Origin: Phoronis australis
Taxonomy: Eukaryota > Animalia > Phoronida
Direction of reading: 5' to 3'
DNA length: 64,000 nt
Assembly (NCBI GenBank): GCA_002633005.1
Contig: NMRA01000526.1
Coordinates: 198,887-262,886 of the forward strand
This document shows positions 22,960-35,485 of this stretch, piece after piece; the first letter of the stretch is position 1; the number at the start of each line of letters is the position of its first letter. The notes beneath the pieces were generated by a model, which saw only the letters and a list, made by a program, of their open reading frames with translations, was not told the DNA's origin and searched no databases. A program made the translations under genes and the position numbers.

Positions 22960-25592
22960 CCCTTCAGAGCCTGACCTACATTCCACACAAATGTCGCAGA
23001 CAGCCTGACCCACTTATGCAGTAAGTGAAAACAACAACACTGTATGGACTTCAAAATACAACAACACCTTTATTAAGCTCAGTAACCCACAACATATATA
23101 CATTTTCTGAAAGGCTATAAAATTATGCATTCAATGATATTTTTAACTTTAAAAGTCCAAAATCAGAGGAAAATGTCACAGTTTGAAAACCAATGATTTT
23201 TTTTAAATAAAATATTTTGATGAAATCTAAAAAGGTTTGAAGTTCAATAATTTCATTTGAAGGCAACACAATGCAGGGTAATTTACAGAAATCTTATCTC
23301 AAATATATATTAATCAAATCCTGAAAGTTTGAACATTTTTGCTTCAACGGTTTTCAAAAAAAAAATTGTCATACTCACTATAAATCAGAAACCGGCTATG
23401 TACTTCTCACAAATGACACAATGCAAGAAAAGCATGTTCAACAGCTTAAATCCACTAATATCTCCATTTACACACTTGACATGATCACTTAGCATTAGTT
23501 CAGTCACTTTTTCATTTTTTTCCTCTGAATAGGAGCATTAGGGCGAGCCGGATCGTCAAATTGGTAATCTTCCATGTAATGATACCTGTGGAAACATGGA
23601 GCCGGACACATGTGCACTTTGCAAACAGTGCATATATATGCAGTGTCCACTCTTTGCAAGTGAACCCAACAGGGAGACCGTTTTGATGTAACTTCCGGGG
23701 CATGATTTAGATTTCGGTTGGAGCGGAGTGTCCCAACTGCCACACCGCTCTCGCGTACAGGCACAGCATTGCCACCGATAAGCTCCTTTGCGAGTAATAA
23801 GGTATACTGTTTCATAGTTATTTTCTTTCCTTGGCACATCTGGTAAAGCAAGTACGAATTAACACGACATATGTCCACGAGGTACCAAAATATCTTTAAG
23901 TACCAAACAAGTCCCCTCATCAATCGCTTGTGGCCATTGATCCTTTGATCAGAGAGATCAACCCCGCCCATATAAGAGTTGTACATGCCAATAGCTGCTG
24001 GACATGGGACGTCAATTTTAGCAAATTGACCATTTTGCTTGCTGGACCGAGAGACGTTTTCAGACTCTTCCTTTACTGGGACAGAGGTAAGTAGAGTGAC
24101 AAGCTTGTTGTCCTTCCACGACAACGCGGTCAGAGACTCTTTATACCGGTACTGTGAGTCGCCCCTTTTCATTGCCTTTACAGTTGCTGATGTCTTTTGC
24201 ATAATCTCACTTGGCAATCCTTTTCTGTTTGTTCTAACCGTGCCACATGCCAAGGTGCCTTGGGACAAGAGGTCCTCAAAAAGGGGGATGCTGGTGTAAA
24301 AGTTATCCATAAAAATACTGTGTCCCTTGTTTAAAAACGGTGATGACACATTCATGACAACGTCGTGTGTTGCTCCGTTGTCAGAAACACCGCCAGCTTC
24401 TTTCCCTGTGTAAATCTTCAAGTTCAGCACATATCCAGACGTAGATTCAGAAAGCATAAAAACCTTTAATCCCCAACGGATTGGCTTGTCCCGCATGTAC
24501 TGTTTGAATCCAAATCTGGATTTACAAGCGATCATGGATTCATCAATTGCCAGCTCACGCTCAGGGCTGTACACACTGCACAATGTGCCCACAATGATAT
24601 CTAAAACAGGTCTCACTTTATGTAATTTATCATATGCAGGGTCTGACCTGTCAGTTATTGCTTGTGAATTATCAATAAAATGAATATACCTAAGAATGCT
24701 AAGGAATCTGTCACGAGACATCACTTTCCGGAATCCCGGTGTTCCCAATAACCAATCCAGTGACCAATAGTCCTTCATGTTAATCTTTTTCACTACTCCC
24801 ATTGTCATAAACAGTCCCAACCAGGCTTGAAGATCACCACAGGTAAGTTCACTCCACTTACTTTTGTGTTTACTGGGATCTTTGGTTCTTTGTTGTGTCG
24901 CATATAGATTTGTCTGAGCAGTGATAAGTCTGAACAGAGCGTCAGTGAAAAATAGCTTGAACAATTGAACGGGGGAAGCCGATTTCAACGAGTCCTGTCC
25001 CCCAAGAGAGTCGAGAGCTTCAGCAGACAGTCCTGGTGTTCCTCTAAATCGAATATTAGCGTCAGTCCGCAAATTCGCGTCATTACTCCACCCAGTTTGT
25101 GGCTCATTCACATCTCCCAGAAAATTGTCGTCCACTTCAATTTCCGGTGCGTTCTCAAGGTCCTCCAAATCAAAATCGAGATCGGGTTCATTGTCCGAGT
25201 CCGGTCTTCTCAAACGTGACAAAGGAATATCATCATCAGGATCGTCACTTTCATCCTCTAAATCGCTGTCAAAGTCCGTATTTTCAAGCAAAGATAATGC
25301 ATCTTCAACAGCCATCATTCCTGGTTTCCGAGGAAACGCCATCTTGTAAACAAATCTTAAGAAATTCGCAAAAATTCGCCAAATATCACGACAAAAAAAA
25401 TCTTTAGACACTCAATTGATTGAAAAGCAATGACGTCACTACTTCTTGTGTACACATAACTGAAAATAGTTAACAATTGATGCAATAGATGGCAGAGGAT
25501 GTCTATGGAACTTTCCATCGCATATATGCGAGTCTCGGCTCTCGGGGTTTCAAGATCAGGTACGCACATATGCGAGTCTCGGCGCTAAAGGG
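22960..25592 (-). mobile_element. Full-length piggyBac element
   Basis: TTAA at 22956-22959 and 25593-25596; imperfect TIRs CCCTTCAGAGCC / CCCTTTAGCGCC; subterminal direct repeat ATATGCGAGTCTCGGC x2; uninterrupted transposase ORF. Confidence 0.93.
23504..25342 (-). CDS. piggyBac transposase, intact (~612 aa from MAFPRKPG)
   Basis: DDD triad motifs AIDESM, FMDNFYTS and MGGVDLSD; KQYMRDKPIRWGLK; C-terminal Cys/His-rich domain; basic NLS-like tail. The ORF-track start at 25411 is probably upstream of the real ATG. Confidence 0.93.
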   Translation of the reverse strand: MAFPRKPGMMAVEDALSLLENTDFDSDLEDESDDPDDDIPLSRLRRPDSDNEPDLDFDLEDLENAPEIEVDDNFLGDVNEPQTGWSNDANLRTDANIRFRGTPGLSAEALDSLGGQDSLKSASPVQLFKLFFTDALFRLITAQTNLYATQQRTKDPSKHKSKWSELTCGDLQAWLGLFMTMGVVKKINMKDYWSLDWLLGTPGFRKVMSRDRFLSILRYIHFIDNSQAITDRSDPAYDKLHKVRPVLDIIVGTLCSVYSPERELAIDESMIACKSRFGFKQYMRDKPIRWGLKVFMLSESTSGYVLNLKIYTGKEAGGVSDNGATHDVVMNVSSPFLNKGHSIFMDNFYTSIPLFEDLLSQGTLACGTVRTNRKGLPSEIMQKTSATVKAMKRGDSQYRYKESLTALSWKDNKLVTLLTSVPVKEESENVSRSSKQNGQFAKIDVPCPAAIGMYNSYMGGVDLSDQRINGHKRLMRGLVWYLKIFWYLVDICRVNSYLLYQMCQGKKITMKQYTLLLAKELIGGNAVPVRESGVAVGTLRSNRNLNHAPEVTSKRSPCWVHLQRVDTAYICTVCKVHMCPAPCFHRYHYMEDYQFDDPARPNAPIQRKKMKK

Positions 25593-25717
25593 TTAAAGCA
25601 CACGTGATTTTTCTTGCCTGTGCTTTATGGCAAGCTGTTATACGTGTATGATCATAAATTTCCGTATTGAAAAGTTTTAAGACGGGGTTTGTATGCAATT
25701 CATCATATGCTTTTTAC

Positions 25718-26913
25718 CTTTTATTCATGGCCATTACTTGTATGGTCTCCTCTCTACTATCTTCGTCGATCTGCAATTAACAACACAATTTTACAGTATA
25801 AAACTTTCTTGATTTTGTCTGAACATCGTGTATGTTATCTTTTCTCTGATTGATTGTATATAATGATATTTAGCTTTCTCTTGATTTTGATTGGACAAAT
25901 ATTAAGCTCTTATTAAGGTAATAAAAATTCTTTCGTTTAGTACGTTTACACATTTTTGGAATATCTTACCAAAACGGTCATTTCGGTCACCGAATTCAGC
26001 GTTGTTTTGGAGCCATATACGTCTACCTCAAGTGCGTGAAATCGCACTTGATCAGACTCTTTGATATCAGTTCCAGTTGCGTGAGATCCCCACAATTTGA
26101 TCTCCGTTCCGTCATCAAGGCTGACAATTCTTCTTTTGTAGTGGGGTTCTTCCTTTAGATCGGAAACATTTGACACTGTTCCTGCGTAGGAACATCGTCG
26201 CTTTTTCGGAGATGCTTTCAACTCTTCGGTCGTTATGTACTGCGGTTTTAGAAATTCCTCAATTTTGCTTCTATCAATCTCGAATTCAGCTACGTTTCCG
26301 AAAATCTGAAAAACATGACAGATAATTGTTAAAAACTAGATGATTTAAAAATAAATCAAATTCTTAGCTGACTGACGTGAAAGTATATGATAACTCATAC
26401 GTAATAGCTACTAAAGGTAAACCTACCGTAGTTGCGTACAATGCTCAATAGACTAATTTGCGTTCACGTCTTTCTGCAAAAACTTTCCGACATATCAGTG
26501 TAGCTATCTTACTTTATATAGGAACATATGCAATCACATTACTAGTTGCTCTAAAACGTTGAATATTTATGTATTTCAAAGTTATATCACCAAGTTCATG
26601 AACTACATGCAAACACTACAATAAGCCTCTATAATGCAAAGCCATTATTTTAAAGTACAATAATACATTACATAAAATGTACTGCAGTTACCTGATATTC
26701 TTTTTTGTGTACTCGGATCGCATTGTCCGTTTCGTACGTGGTTGTTAATAGTACATATGTATCTTTTTTCAATTCCTCATGAATTTGAGGGAGGAATAAC
26801 GTTTTAATACTTTTTGCTGTTGTCATGACGGGCGCCGCTTGGCTAATAACTTCGCCTTGTACATTTCTACGTACTTCTGGATCGCTTATGACATAATATG
26901 AACATGTAGCCAT
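25718..26913 (-). CDS. Spliced gene for an OB-fold (RPA/SSB-like) protein, 3 exons seen, 3' end not found
   Basis: Exons 26913-26692 (ATG, 74 codons), 26305-25970 (112 codons) and 25770-25718, with GT/AG boundaries and compatible phases. G.V.....L.D...IKLW......V.F..L.V..Y......NS...T pattern typical of OB folds. Confidence 0.65.
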
Positions 26914-26962
26914 CTTCTTGTCTTTGCTTGGAATAATTGTCTGAATGTGATTACGATTAAGC

Positions 26963-26970
26963 TTTTTATA
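26963..26970 (-). promoter_or_regulatory. TATA box of the OB-fold gene
   Basis: TATAAAAA on the minus strand ~50 bp upstream of the ATG at 26913. Confidence 0.5.
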
Positions 26971-29900
26971 TCGTGCTATCTGCCAGTATGATTTTGATTG
27001 GCCAGTAATGTGCTGACGTTCTTCGTGCCTGTCAAACCGTTTGAGCGAAAAGAGAGACCATTTTTGGTAGTGCTATCTACCATCACGCGGTAGTTAACCA
27101 TCCAAAGACCGATTTCTCCATGCCTGACTAAAAGTCTGGATGACATAGTTTGTTAGAGCCGTAAGAAGCGGAGGGGTGCATGGGCCTTTCCGATGTCCGT
27201 ATTAAATCGTAACACATGACAAAACCGGGGTATTCACCCCCACCTGCGACGGACATGAGGGAGACATGTCGGTACTAATAATATGATATCCTACAAACGC
27301 CAAAGCGGAAGTAGGCGAAAATCAAATTGGTTTGAGTCCTCCAATAACGTTTCCTTTCTAAAATCCTATATGTGTTGGCACAAACTTCTTTATTCTAATC
27401 TCAGATAGGTAGATAGATTTATATATTCTGAGTCCTATTTTACTCAACAAATGGACCAGGATACTCATCACTCAATCATATTTGCCCGAACTCCAAGTGA
27501 GACACGCTCCCAAAAGTTCATGAGATCCTACTGTGAGACATGCGTAAGCAACATTTTCGTGAGATCCTACTGCAGGTCTTAGACTGGTTACAGAACGATT
27601 TGTTTACTATAATATATTTTGTATGATCAGCGATAGACTTCCCCAGAAACGCCAGCTTGCGTGTGACATCAGCGATTTGTGCTATATTTCACTTTTCACC
27701 AGCCGTGTTAACGGTCATTTAACCGCACGTCGCGAGTTTGATGTTGAAGACTTAACCAGTTGCTTGCTTTGGCTATATCCTTGCTATCTTGGTATTCGTA
27801 GCTGAAACTCAATTTGTGTGTCTGTATTCGGTACGTATGATTTTTTAGAATTTGATCATTAGTCATTAAATGCGGTACCATTTTTGACTTATATCAACTA
27901 AACGCGTATGTGTTAATTATATTTTTTCTCTAGGTGTTTTACTTTTGTAATTGTGTTTTCAACCAATCCTCAATAGTCTCTTCAAGCTCCTTAATTATAT
28001 CTGTACAATTTGAAAACCATTAAAATTTTTCATCACTTAAAGCACAAAAGATTCATTCAATTTGTGTCTCTTAAATGATTATGATCAACGTTATTGTATT
28101 TTTTTGAAAACAAACATTTGTATCATATAAGGTCATAGTCAGGTATTCTGAGCCAAATGTACATTCTAATATACTGATAAAAATTAGTTAAAGACTAATG
28201 TTATACTGATACGTCATGCTATTTGTTGCAAAAGCCATATGAATCGTATCAGTCATTAACAACAGGATCTCTGGATCTCTGAAAAATGCTAAAAACATGT
28301 AACTGTCCACAAGTAATTTACTGAGCCAGTAATGTTTAAAGAAAGTGAAATGTATACACATAGAAATGTCAAAGTGCTTAACCTTGATATGCCAAATGCC
28401 ACTTATTTTCAATTTTCCAGTTGTGTTTAGTACTTTTTGAGATACCCAACCTGTTTTGTCAAACCAAAAGTGCCATACTAATTCAATCCAACGAATTAAT
28501 GGACAGGAACTTTGCATCGCACAAAAGAAATTGTTTACAGTATGACGACATTGACCAACATACATGATTTTGGAACGTTGAACTTCGGTTCGCACTATTT
28601 CACCGGTTAGACTACAGTGTCACCTTTTGTTATGAAAAGCGACAATTAGCAGAAATCAGTAGATTAGTTCAGTGGATCCTACGATTATCCGTTCGATATT
28701 TGCTCCTACTAAACAGCCGAAAAAGCCCCTGTAGCCTTCATAGAAACTCGTGAACGTGCTCTATGAATAAGTTGTCAATGATAATACTGATCGTCTGCAC
28801 TCCGGCAAAATGTCTAAAAATAGAAGCCGTCCAGGCCTGTACGGCATAGGTTTAGTTGCTAAAAACGAGTTCAGGAAAAATCAAAGTTTTGATAAACGCA
28901 ATAGCTAAAAAGTGAATGATTGAATACATATTAAAAATATATTTGGGATTATTATATGTTAAATTGTATTTTAATGTAATACAAGATACCTATGACCAAA
29001 ACTATGCAAGCTTTTTAAAAGTTTGATTGCAATATGATGACAATACCTTACACATATGCTTTTGATATCGTTCGATTCCCCGCGCCGTCATCTTTCCAAA
29101 AATATATGAATTGATCCCCTACCGCGTTTCCTTCATATTTTATCGTCTAATTTCAGTTAGCACTATTTCCCGGTGGACACTGCCATGTTAGCTCAACTCA
29201 AGATAACAGCAACACCTATTGTTATTGAATGAAACAGTATCATTGGTGGTTGCCCGCGCAAGATTCCCGCTAGTTTTCCTGACATAATATGGTAGATGCA
29301 CAAGAAGAAGCATTTTACCTTTTCCATATTTTTAGAATTGTGACCATTTGACCATTTTTCCACGAAATTGTCTGAAGTGATACTTTTTTCACAAATCTGG
29401 ACCTCAAAAACAACCTCCGCTTTTCTGGCAGACTCTTGCTAGCAGATGCGTATATCAGGGTCACCATAGGATCGAATTCGAACCCTTGGTTACGATAGAT
29501 TAGTTCAGTTTTTGACCGCCAGGTGACCCCTTATTCATTCAACATGGCGGTATTACTACCGAGTACCAGGAAATAGAGCGAGCAGAAATTTCACGATAAA
29601 AAACTAAGGGAACGGGGTAGGACAAATTTCTCTGTATATTTGGAAAGATAACATTGCGAGGAATTGAACTATACCAAGTCATATGTCTAAGTCATTGTCG
29701 TCATATTGTAAACAATTACCTCCATTTGTACTTCTCCATAATATCATGATTATTTAGACAGTGCTCACCTCAGTCAATCCCATAACGAAAGTAATAATAG
29801 AACGCACTAAACGCCAAATTAAGCAAAATAATAAGGCACTTCCGTTCACTAACGTGGTCCAAGAGACAAAGAATACTGAGACGACAACGAAACACGTACT

Positions 29901-32339
29901 TATGATTGGACATCGATGGACATTAGCAAGTGGAAGAGTCCATTAATAAAAGGGTTAACGAAGCTTGCACGAGACTAAATACGTAAAAGCAGGAAGAGAT
30001 AACCAGGAAGGGACAACTAGCTAAACCGCCGTTTTTGGCCTCCTTCGCCGGACTAATTTCAGGATTTAAGTTTTGTTTAAAATGAAACGGATGATTTTAT
30101 CAGAGAGATTAAAGCTTTTTCTATAGAAGGATATCAAAAAACTCACTTTGCAACCTTAAACAGTGGTGTAATTGTACTTTGAAAATATCGACTTCAGCGC
30201 ACGCAATCGCAACTTCCCACACGCAGTCACGGGTATTTAAGCTTTTCCGTCGATGTAAAGATGGCGCAGTAGTCAAGTACTCCCTCATGTGCATATCAAA
30301 TTTGCATAAAGGAGTTCTGAGACTCTCGTCAGTTGTTGTCGAGCGCTTGAATGGATATTTAAGCGGTGACCTCCCGCTGAGAGCACGCGCTGATGAAAAT
30401 ACCACAGCTAACTCGCAATCAAGAGGTGAAAACATTCTCATGACCGCAGTTCTGAATTTCAGCTAAGCAAGCTCTATTTCGAGGAGCGGACTTTGAATTG
30501 TTTTTGTCCGCTAACTGTGGATTGCAGAGAAAATTAGAATGAGGTCAACATCGAACTTTCTGCGGCTACCTATCGTGTTGAAAAAAGTTTGAAGTGTCAG
30601 AACCATAGACGGAGCGCGCGGGATGTCTATGATTCCTGTTCTTCAGTTGACGAAAACATTGCTATCGACATAAAGAATGGCCGTGGGAAATTAATTTTGA
30701 GGTGGACACCTGTTTCCAAGAATAATATTAATATTCTATAATATCTCACTCTCCGCGTTTCATTTCTTTGACGTTGTTTGAGGTTGCGGTATCATGAAAC
30801 AACGCCGTCGGGTGAGAGAAGTTCCACCGAATAACTGGAATTGGCTGCAGTTCTTTCCTTTAGAATGGCTGGACTCAACTGTGCCGTTTTATTGGCAAGT
30901 CTCTTGCCTGCCGAAATTTTTCTGAGCATTGAAGACATCGCCCTTATCCTGCGCCAATCAACCTTGTATCTGCTACAGAAGTGTTATACCTAATTTTCTA
31001 CCATTTTAGCACACTTTGTGGCTCTGCTACATTTAGCACTGCCATAATCGTATTTCTTCTTAATTCCGCCAAATATGCATACCTGGAAGTTAGTTTTGCT
31101 CAGTGTTTTTCCAAATTAAGCCACAACAGTTGTTCATCATTAAATGCCTCAAATTGCAAAACGCACCTTTGCCATTCTTAAAAATTTGTATATAATTATG
31201 TGCTATAATTGCTTCGAAGGACCGGCAGTAACCGTGGCTGGAATGTCGGCAGCTTAGCAACTAAGTCTACAGCTAACTCCTGTTGAAATTCTCCATACTT
31301 CAAAATTCTTGTTTGCAAATGCTGATAATTGCCTTCAATGGTTTTCATAATAAGAGACTAGAAATCCGAGTTGTCACACACGCCCAATGGCCTGGTGCTG
31401 CCTTACAATTTCACTGGCCACCTTGCTACAGTCGACTTGCGCAATAGCCGAACTAGTGTCCACATTTGTAGTCACGTACCGGGTACAGGCCCATGAGACA
31501 AGTTGCAGCAACAAATTCAGTACGAATCCATAAACCCTTTTATGCGCACAATTAAATGCGCAAAACTACTCCTGTATTTCTTAAACCTTTAATTTAATGC
31601 TCAAGCTATACAACGAGTGCGTGTTGAAACACAACATTGACCTTGGACCAAAGATGGACTCCTTGCATCAGGACCTTAGTAAGCGGGGAGAGGGCAAGTG
31701 CCACCCCAAAAAATTGGATGCCTCAGGGTTAAACCATGGCAACCGACAAAGGTGTGGGCTGATGAAAGACAAAAAAGAAAGACTTCAAATACTGATCAGA
31801 GAGAAAACTCAAGAGAACTTTAACAACTCGGTATCAGTGTATGGTTTACCATTTGAGGGCCCTGGCCAGAACAATTGTTGTTAGGGTCTCCGTTCTTGCA
31901 GCATAGGTCGTCTAAGCGCTCTTGAAAATGTGCAATTAATCATTCATACATGTATTTCGAAAATTCGAGAAAATTTATAAAGCAAAAGTTTTTCAGTGGT
32001 AGGCCTACATAGGTGGTGCATTACAGGGGGCTGAGGGGGCTTCAGTCCCCACTTTTTTCAGTGCTGCGCCCTCTATACACCTTCGACATGACACTGCCAA
32101 CTACTCACGAGGGGAAGTTGAGATTCGAAATTCACCAAAAACACAAAACATTCGTGCACAGCACAAAAGCTGTCTTGTAAGAAATGACGATGCGTCACTG
32201 CCAACTTAGTTGAAGGCTGAAGGCTGACGTGCAAAAATTCGATCCATCATCAGACCACCATATCGCAAAGAAGGACACTAAACGATAACAGTGATATTCA
32301 TGACTGTATTGAATTAATAACTAGACTAAAGATCGCCCA

Positions 32340-34455
32340 CTCGTATTTGCTTCATACAATGGGTGCAGCATAGCCTTTCAGTCATGAGGGTCTAGAAGTT
32401 ATTTACGCCAAAAACCTCACGGATTGTGCTTCCGAAGCCGTGCTTCACAAGAAAGCTGCCTTGGGGGGCTGTGCAGTTGCTGTTCGGACACGGGATGTTT
32501 ATCTGCATAACTCCAACCGGTCTCAAGAAGAACACTCGAGTGAAAAAAAACCCCAACATATTGGGCACACCAGAAGTGACAGCAGTAAGAAGAGGTGGTG
32601 GGAAAAACTCCATCTGCTTTTTCAAAACATTGCGTTCAACCACCTCGCCTCTTTGCTTGGTGTAAGGCTTGGCTGGTTAGAAGAAGCCATGTCGATCCGC
32701 TCTCTTCAGCCAACGCAGGTTCGGGGCACAGGCACCACCTCGAGACTCGTCCCAAGAGCTCTGCCACCCTTCAAAAAGAGTGACCTCCTGCTGTTCAAGC
32801 GAAGCTAACGTCGACGGCTTCTCGTGCGAGCTGCCGGAGAGCTTCTCGGCAGTGGTCACCACTGTGTCCACTAAATCAGAGAGCGCATGAGAGTTTCCTC
32901 TGTAAAAGAAAAATATTCTTAAACCTACAAATATCTTTCAAAAAGTAGTTGCAATGTGAAATACAAATTACCATTGTTAATTTTAATACTATCGTTTTTC
33001 TTAAAACAAATATACCTGGACAGCAGGCCTTCATGCAGCGTACGTCCTGGGCGTCCATTTGGACGCCCTGGCACTAATGTAAAGGCCCTGGCAAGGACGC
33101 CCAATGTATCATTTGGACGCCCTGTCAATCAGAATTTCTCCAGTTTGGACACCCACATTGAAAGATTACTAAGACTCCCAGTTAATCAAAGCAGGAAGTT
33201 GGCCCTTTCAACTGGGAAAGAAATATACAAAGTGTTTAAAATGTTGCAATATTCAAACTATCTTCAAACTATTTGGTAGACCTGTCAATCATTAGCACGT
33301 GGTTGGTTGCCAGAGTGTCTGCTTTCAATAGACTCATNAATCAGAGAGCGCATGAGAGTTTCCTCTGTAAAAGAAAAATATTCTTAAACCTACAAATATC
33401 TTTCAAAAAGTAGTTGCAATGTGAAATACAAATTACCATTGTTAATTTTAATACTATCGTTTTTCTTAAAACAAATATACCTGGACAGATAAGTATTTTA
33501 TGAGCAACATGAAACTCATATTTTAACTTACCAAAAGCACGTATTCAGCTGCATTCTTTTCAATAAATGATTCATCATTCGTTGCCCTGACAATTTCCAG
33601 ACTGTGCGCTTCTGTGCTTACCTGCATGGGCCAACAGTTCAACATCTGCCACATATCCTGGTTCGTCCGCTACCAACTCAGCGATTTCAGGTGTTGACTG
33701 CGTTGCCTCTTTCACCACACGTTTCTGCGAACAACAAGAACCCATGAGAATACATTTATAAGCCACCTTCCTGTTACTAATTTACGCAAGTAGTAACTGC
33801 AACCAATGCGAAACCTAGCACGTGGTTTGTCGCTGCCTACACTGAAACGAACTGAGTAGCCTTACGAATTTAGTAATGAACATCAAAACTACTTAGTAAC
33901 TACTATTACTTACATTACGCCTTTTGTCCAGGTGGATGGTGATTGAAGCAAAATCATTCACATACTCTAGCAGCTTTACCTTCTGCCATCGTATTATCTC
34001 GTTGGTGTCCCCTTTTCTCTCATACTCGTCCAACAACCACACGACCCACCCCACATCGTTCTCCAAGAGCCACTTGAAAGTCTTGCCACAATACTTCCCA
34101 AAGCTCATGACTAAATGGGAACGCCAGTGTTCCCGAGAACCGTGCTGCTTCGCCTGCACCTCAGCTGTTCTAGGATTCAGCCAAACCTCATCGATTTTCG
34201 GATATGTACTCTTTGCCACTAAATTTGCACCTTCGGTACACTGTAATTGAGCTTCCCCTGCTCCTTGTACAGTCGAATCATAGGATAGTCATGAATTTGG
34301 CGATGTCTTATCAGATGTTGACTGAGGGTGAACGACTTTCCGCATACTTCACAATCATAAGATTTAGTGCACAAGTGAGTTTTTAAGTGGCGCTTCAAGT
34401 TGCATTTCACACTGAACGATTTACTGCAGATACTACACTGGTGTACCTCCTCCAT
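32340..34455 (-). pseudogene. DUF6729/Dada-like transposase remnant with N-terminal C2H2 fingers
   Basis: Two C2H2 fingers (34219-34455); FGKYCGKTFKWLLENDVGW exon with donor at 33913; then FFPPP...FFTRVFFLRP....IPCP..C......G.....REV......TLMTERLCCTHC (32340-32640). Stops and frameshifts present. Confidence 0.55.
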
Positions 34456-35204
34456 AATACAGTCTGTAAACGGAAAGAAAAATTAAAATACTTCAGATTC
34501 CTACCAAACTGTAAAATTCTTGCAATCTGAACATAACACAAATCAGCTGATCGCCAATAATTAGGTCAACAGTGCCAGTACTAAACGGACGGATTTAATG
34601 TTTATAGGTTAATAGCTTAGTAAGTGAGCGATGTTCGAGATCAAACACACGCTAATACAAAGGCCACAACCTGTAATCAAGCACTTTGAACCCAATTCGC
34701 TGAAAATTGGAGGGTTAAAGAGTGTGTAAAACGCGTATTTTGTGGTAGCTGGCATTCTAACCGGAAGTGAAGAAAAAAGGTTCAATTTTACTAAATTACA
34801 GCAACTCAAGACGAACCCGATGTCACACATATAACCAAACCGCCCACTAGTCACGTGCATTCAAATGAGCGAGTCAAAGTTGGCGTACTTTTGAAAACAT
34901 TTGCAATTATAGTTAACCGGCAATTCAGTAATTCGCCGTACGAAGCCGGAAGTACGGAATTTGACCGGAAGAAGTCTACATTTTGTTAAATAATTCCTAA
35001 ACGAGAACGAGGATTGAAATCAAATCTGGCACATCAATTCTACACATGGCCTTTGTGATTTTGACCAATTATTACAGTTGAAACTTACTTATCCGAGATG
35101 ATACATAGCGTTAAACTTTCGAAGCGGAGCCTTCTTGCTAGGAGGCGGCCACTGTAGAGTGACGTCAGTCTCGATCGGCCAATGGTTGGGCCCTGTTGGA
35201 GTTG

Positions 35205-35485
35205 AATTATTCGACATTTTCGGATACCGTGGTTCCTACGGTGACACGCAGCTGGCTGGCTTTCAGCCCACTTTGTTTTGGTTATGCCTAGTTGACCCAG
35301 ACTGACCCAGCCAGCACTGTCCTACTGCAGACTGGACCGTCATGTTGCGCCATCTATTGTTCTTTATTGTAGTTGATTGTATGCTCTCTGTTTGATTTCT
35401 TCGCTAGTCACATGAATGATATCGTGTTCGTCGTCTTTTCGATTAATTCCGCCAAGTGTCGCTCCTCCGAGCGCTCTCGTTTTTA
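35205..35485 (+). mobile_element. 3' end of HINE/Helentron-type element
   Basis: Homologous to 21840-22410; subTIR TTCCGCCAAGT (35447-35457), hairpin CGCTC-CTCC-GAGCG, T-run. Confidence 0.7.

Noticed and set aside
24039-25407. Plus-strand ORFs overlapping the piggyBac (and 57334-57826)
   Set aside because: Antisense shadows of the transposase ORF.
29455-29530. tRNA-like stem (GGGTCACC...GGTGACCC with TTCGAACCC)
   Set aside because: Cannot be folded into a cloverleaf, and A/B-box spacing is wrong.
29950-29957. Isolated GGGTTAA piggyBac-like ends (also near 15342, 31727 and 34713)
   Set aside because: 7-mers expected by chance; no partner TIR identified.
30120-31200. Minus-strand remnant resembling the N-terminus of P-element-like transposases (KERTAANSSYSVELLSP)
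   Set aside because: The motif is too weak and no catalytic region was seen; excluded from the orientation count.
32873-33488. 150-bp exact duplication (32873-33023 vs 33339-33488)
   Set aside because: The second copy starts at the N at 33338; most likely contig overlap or an allelic indel.
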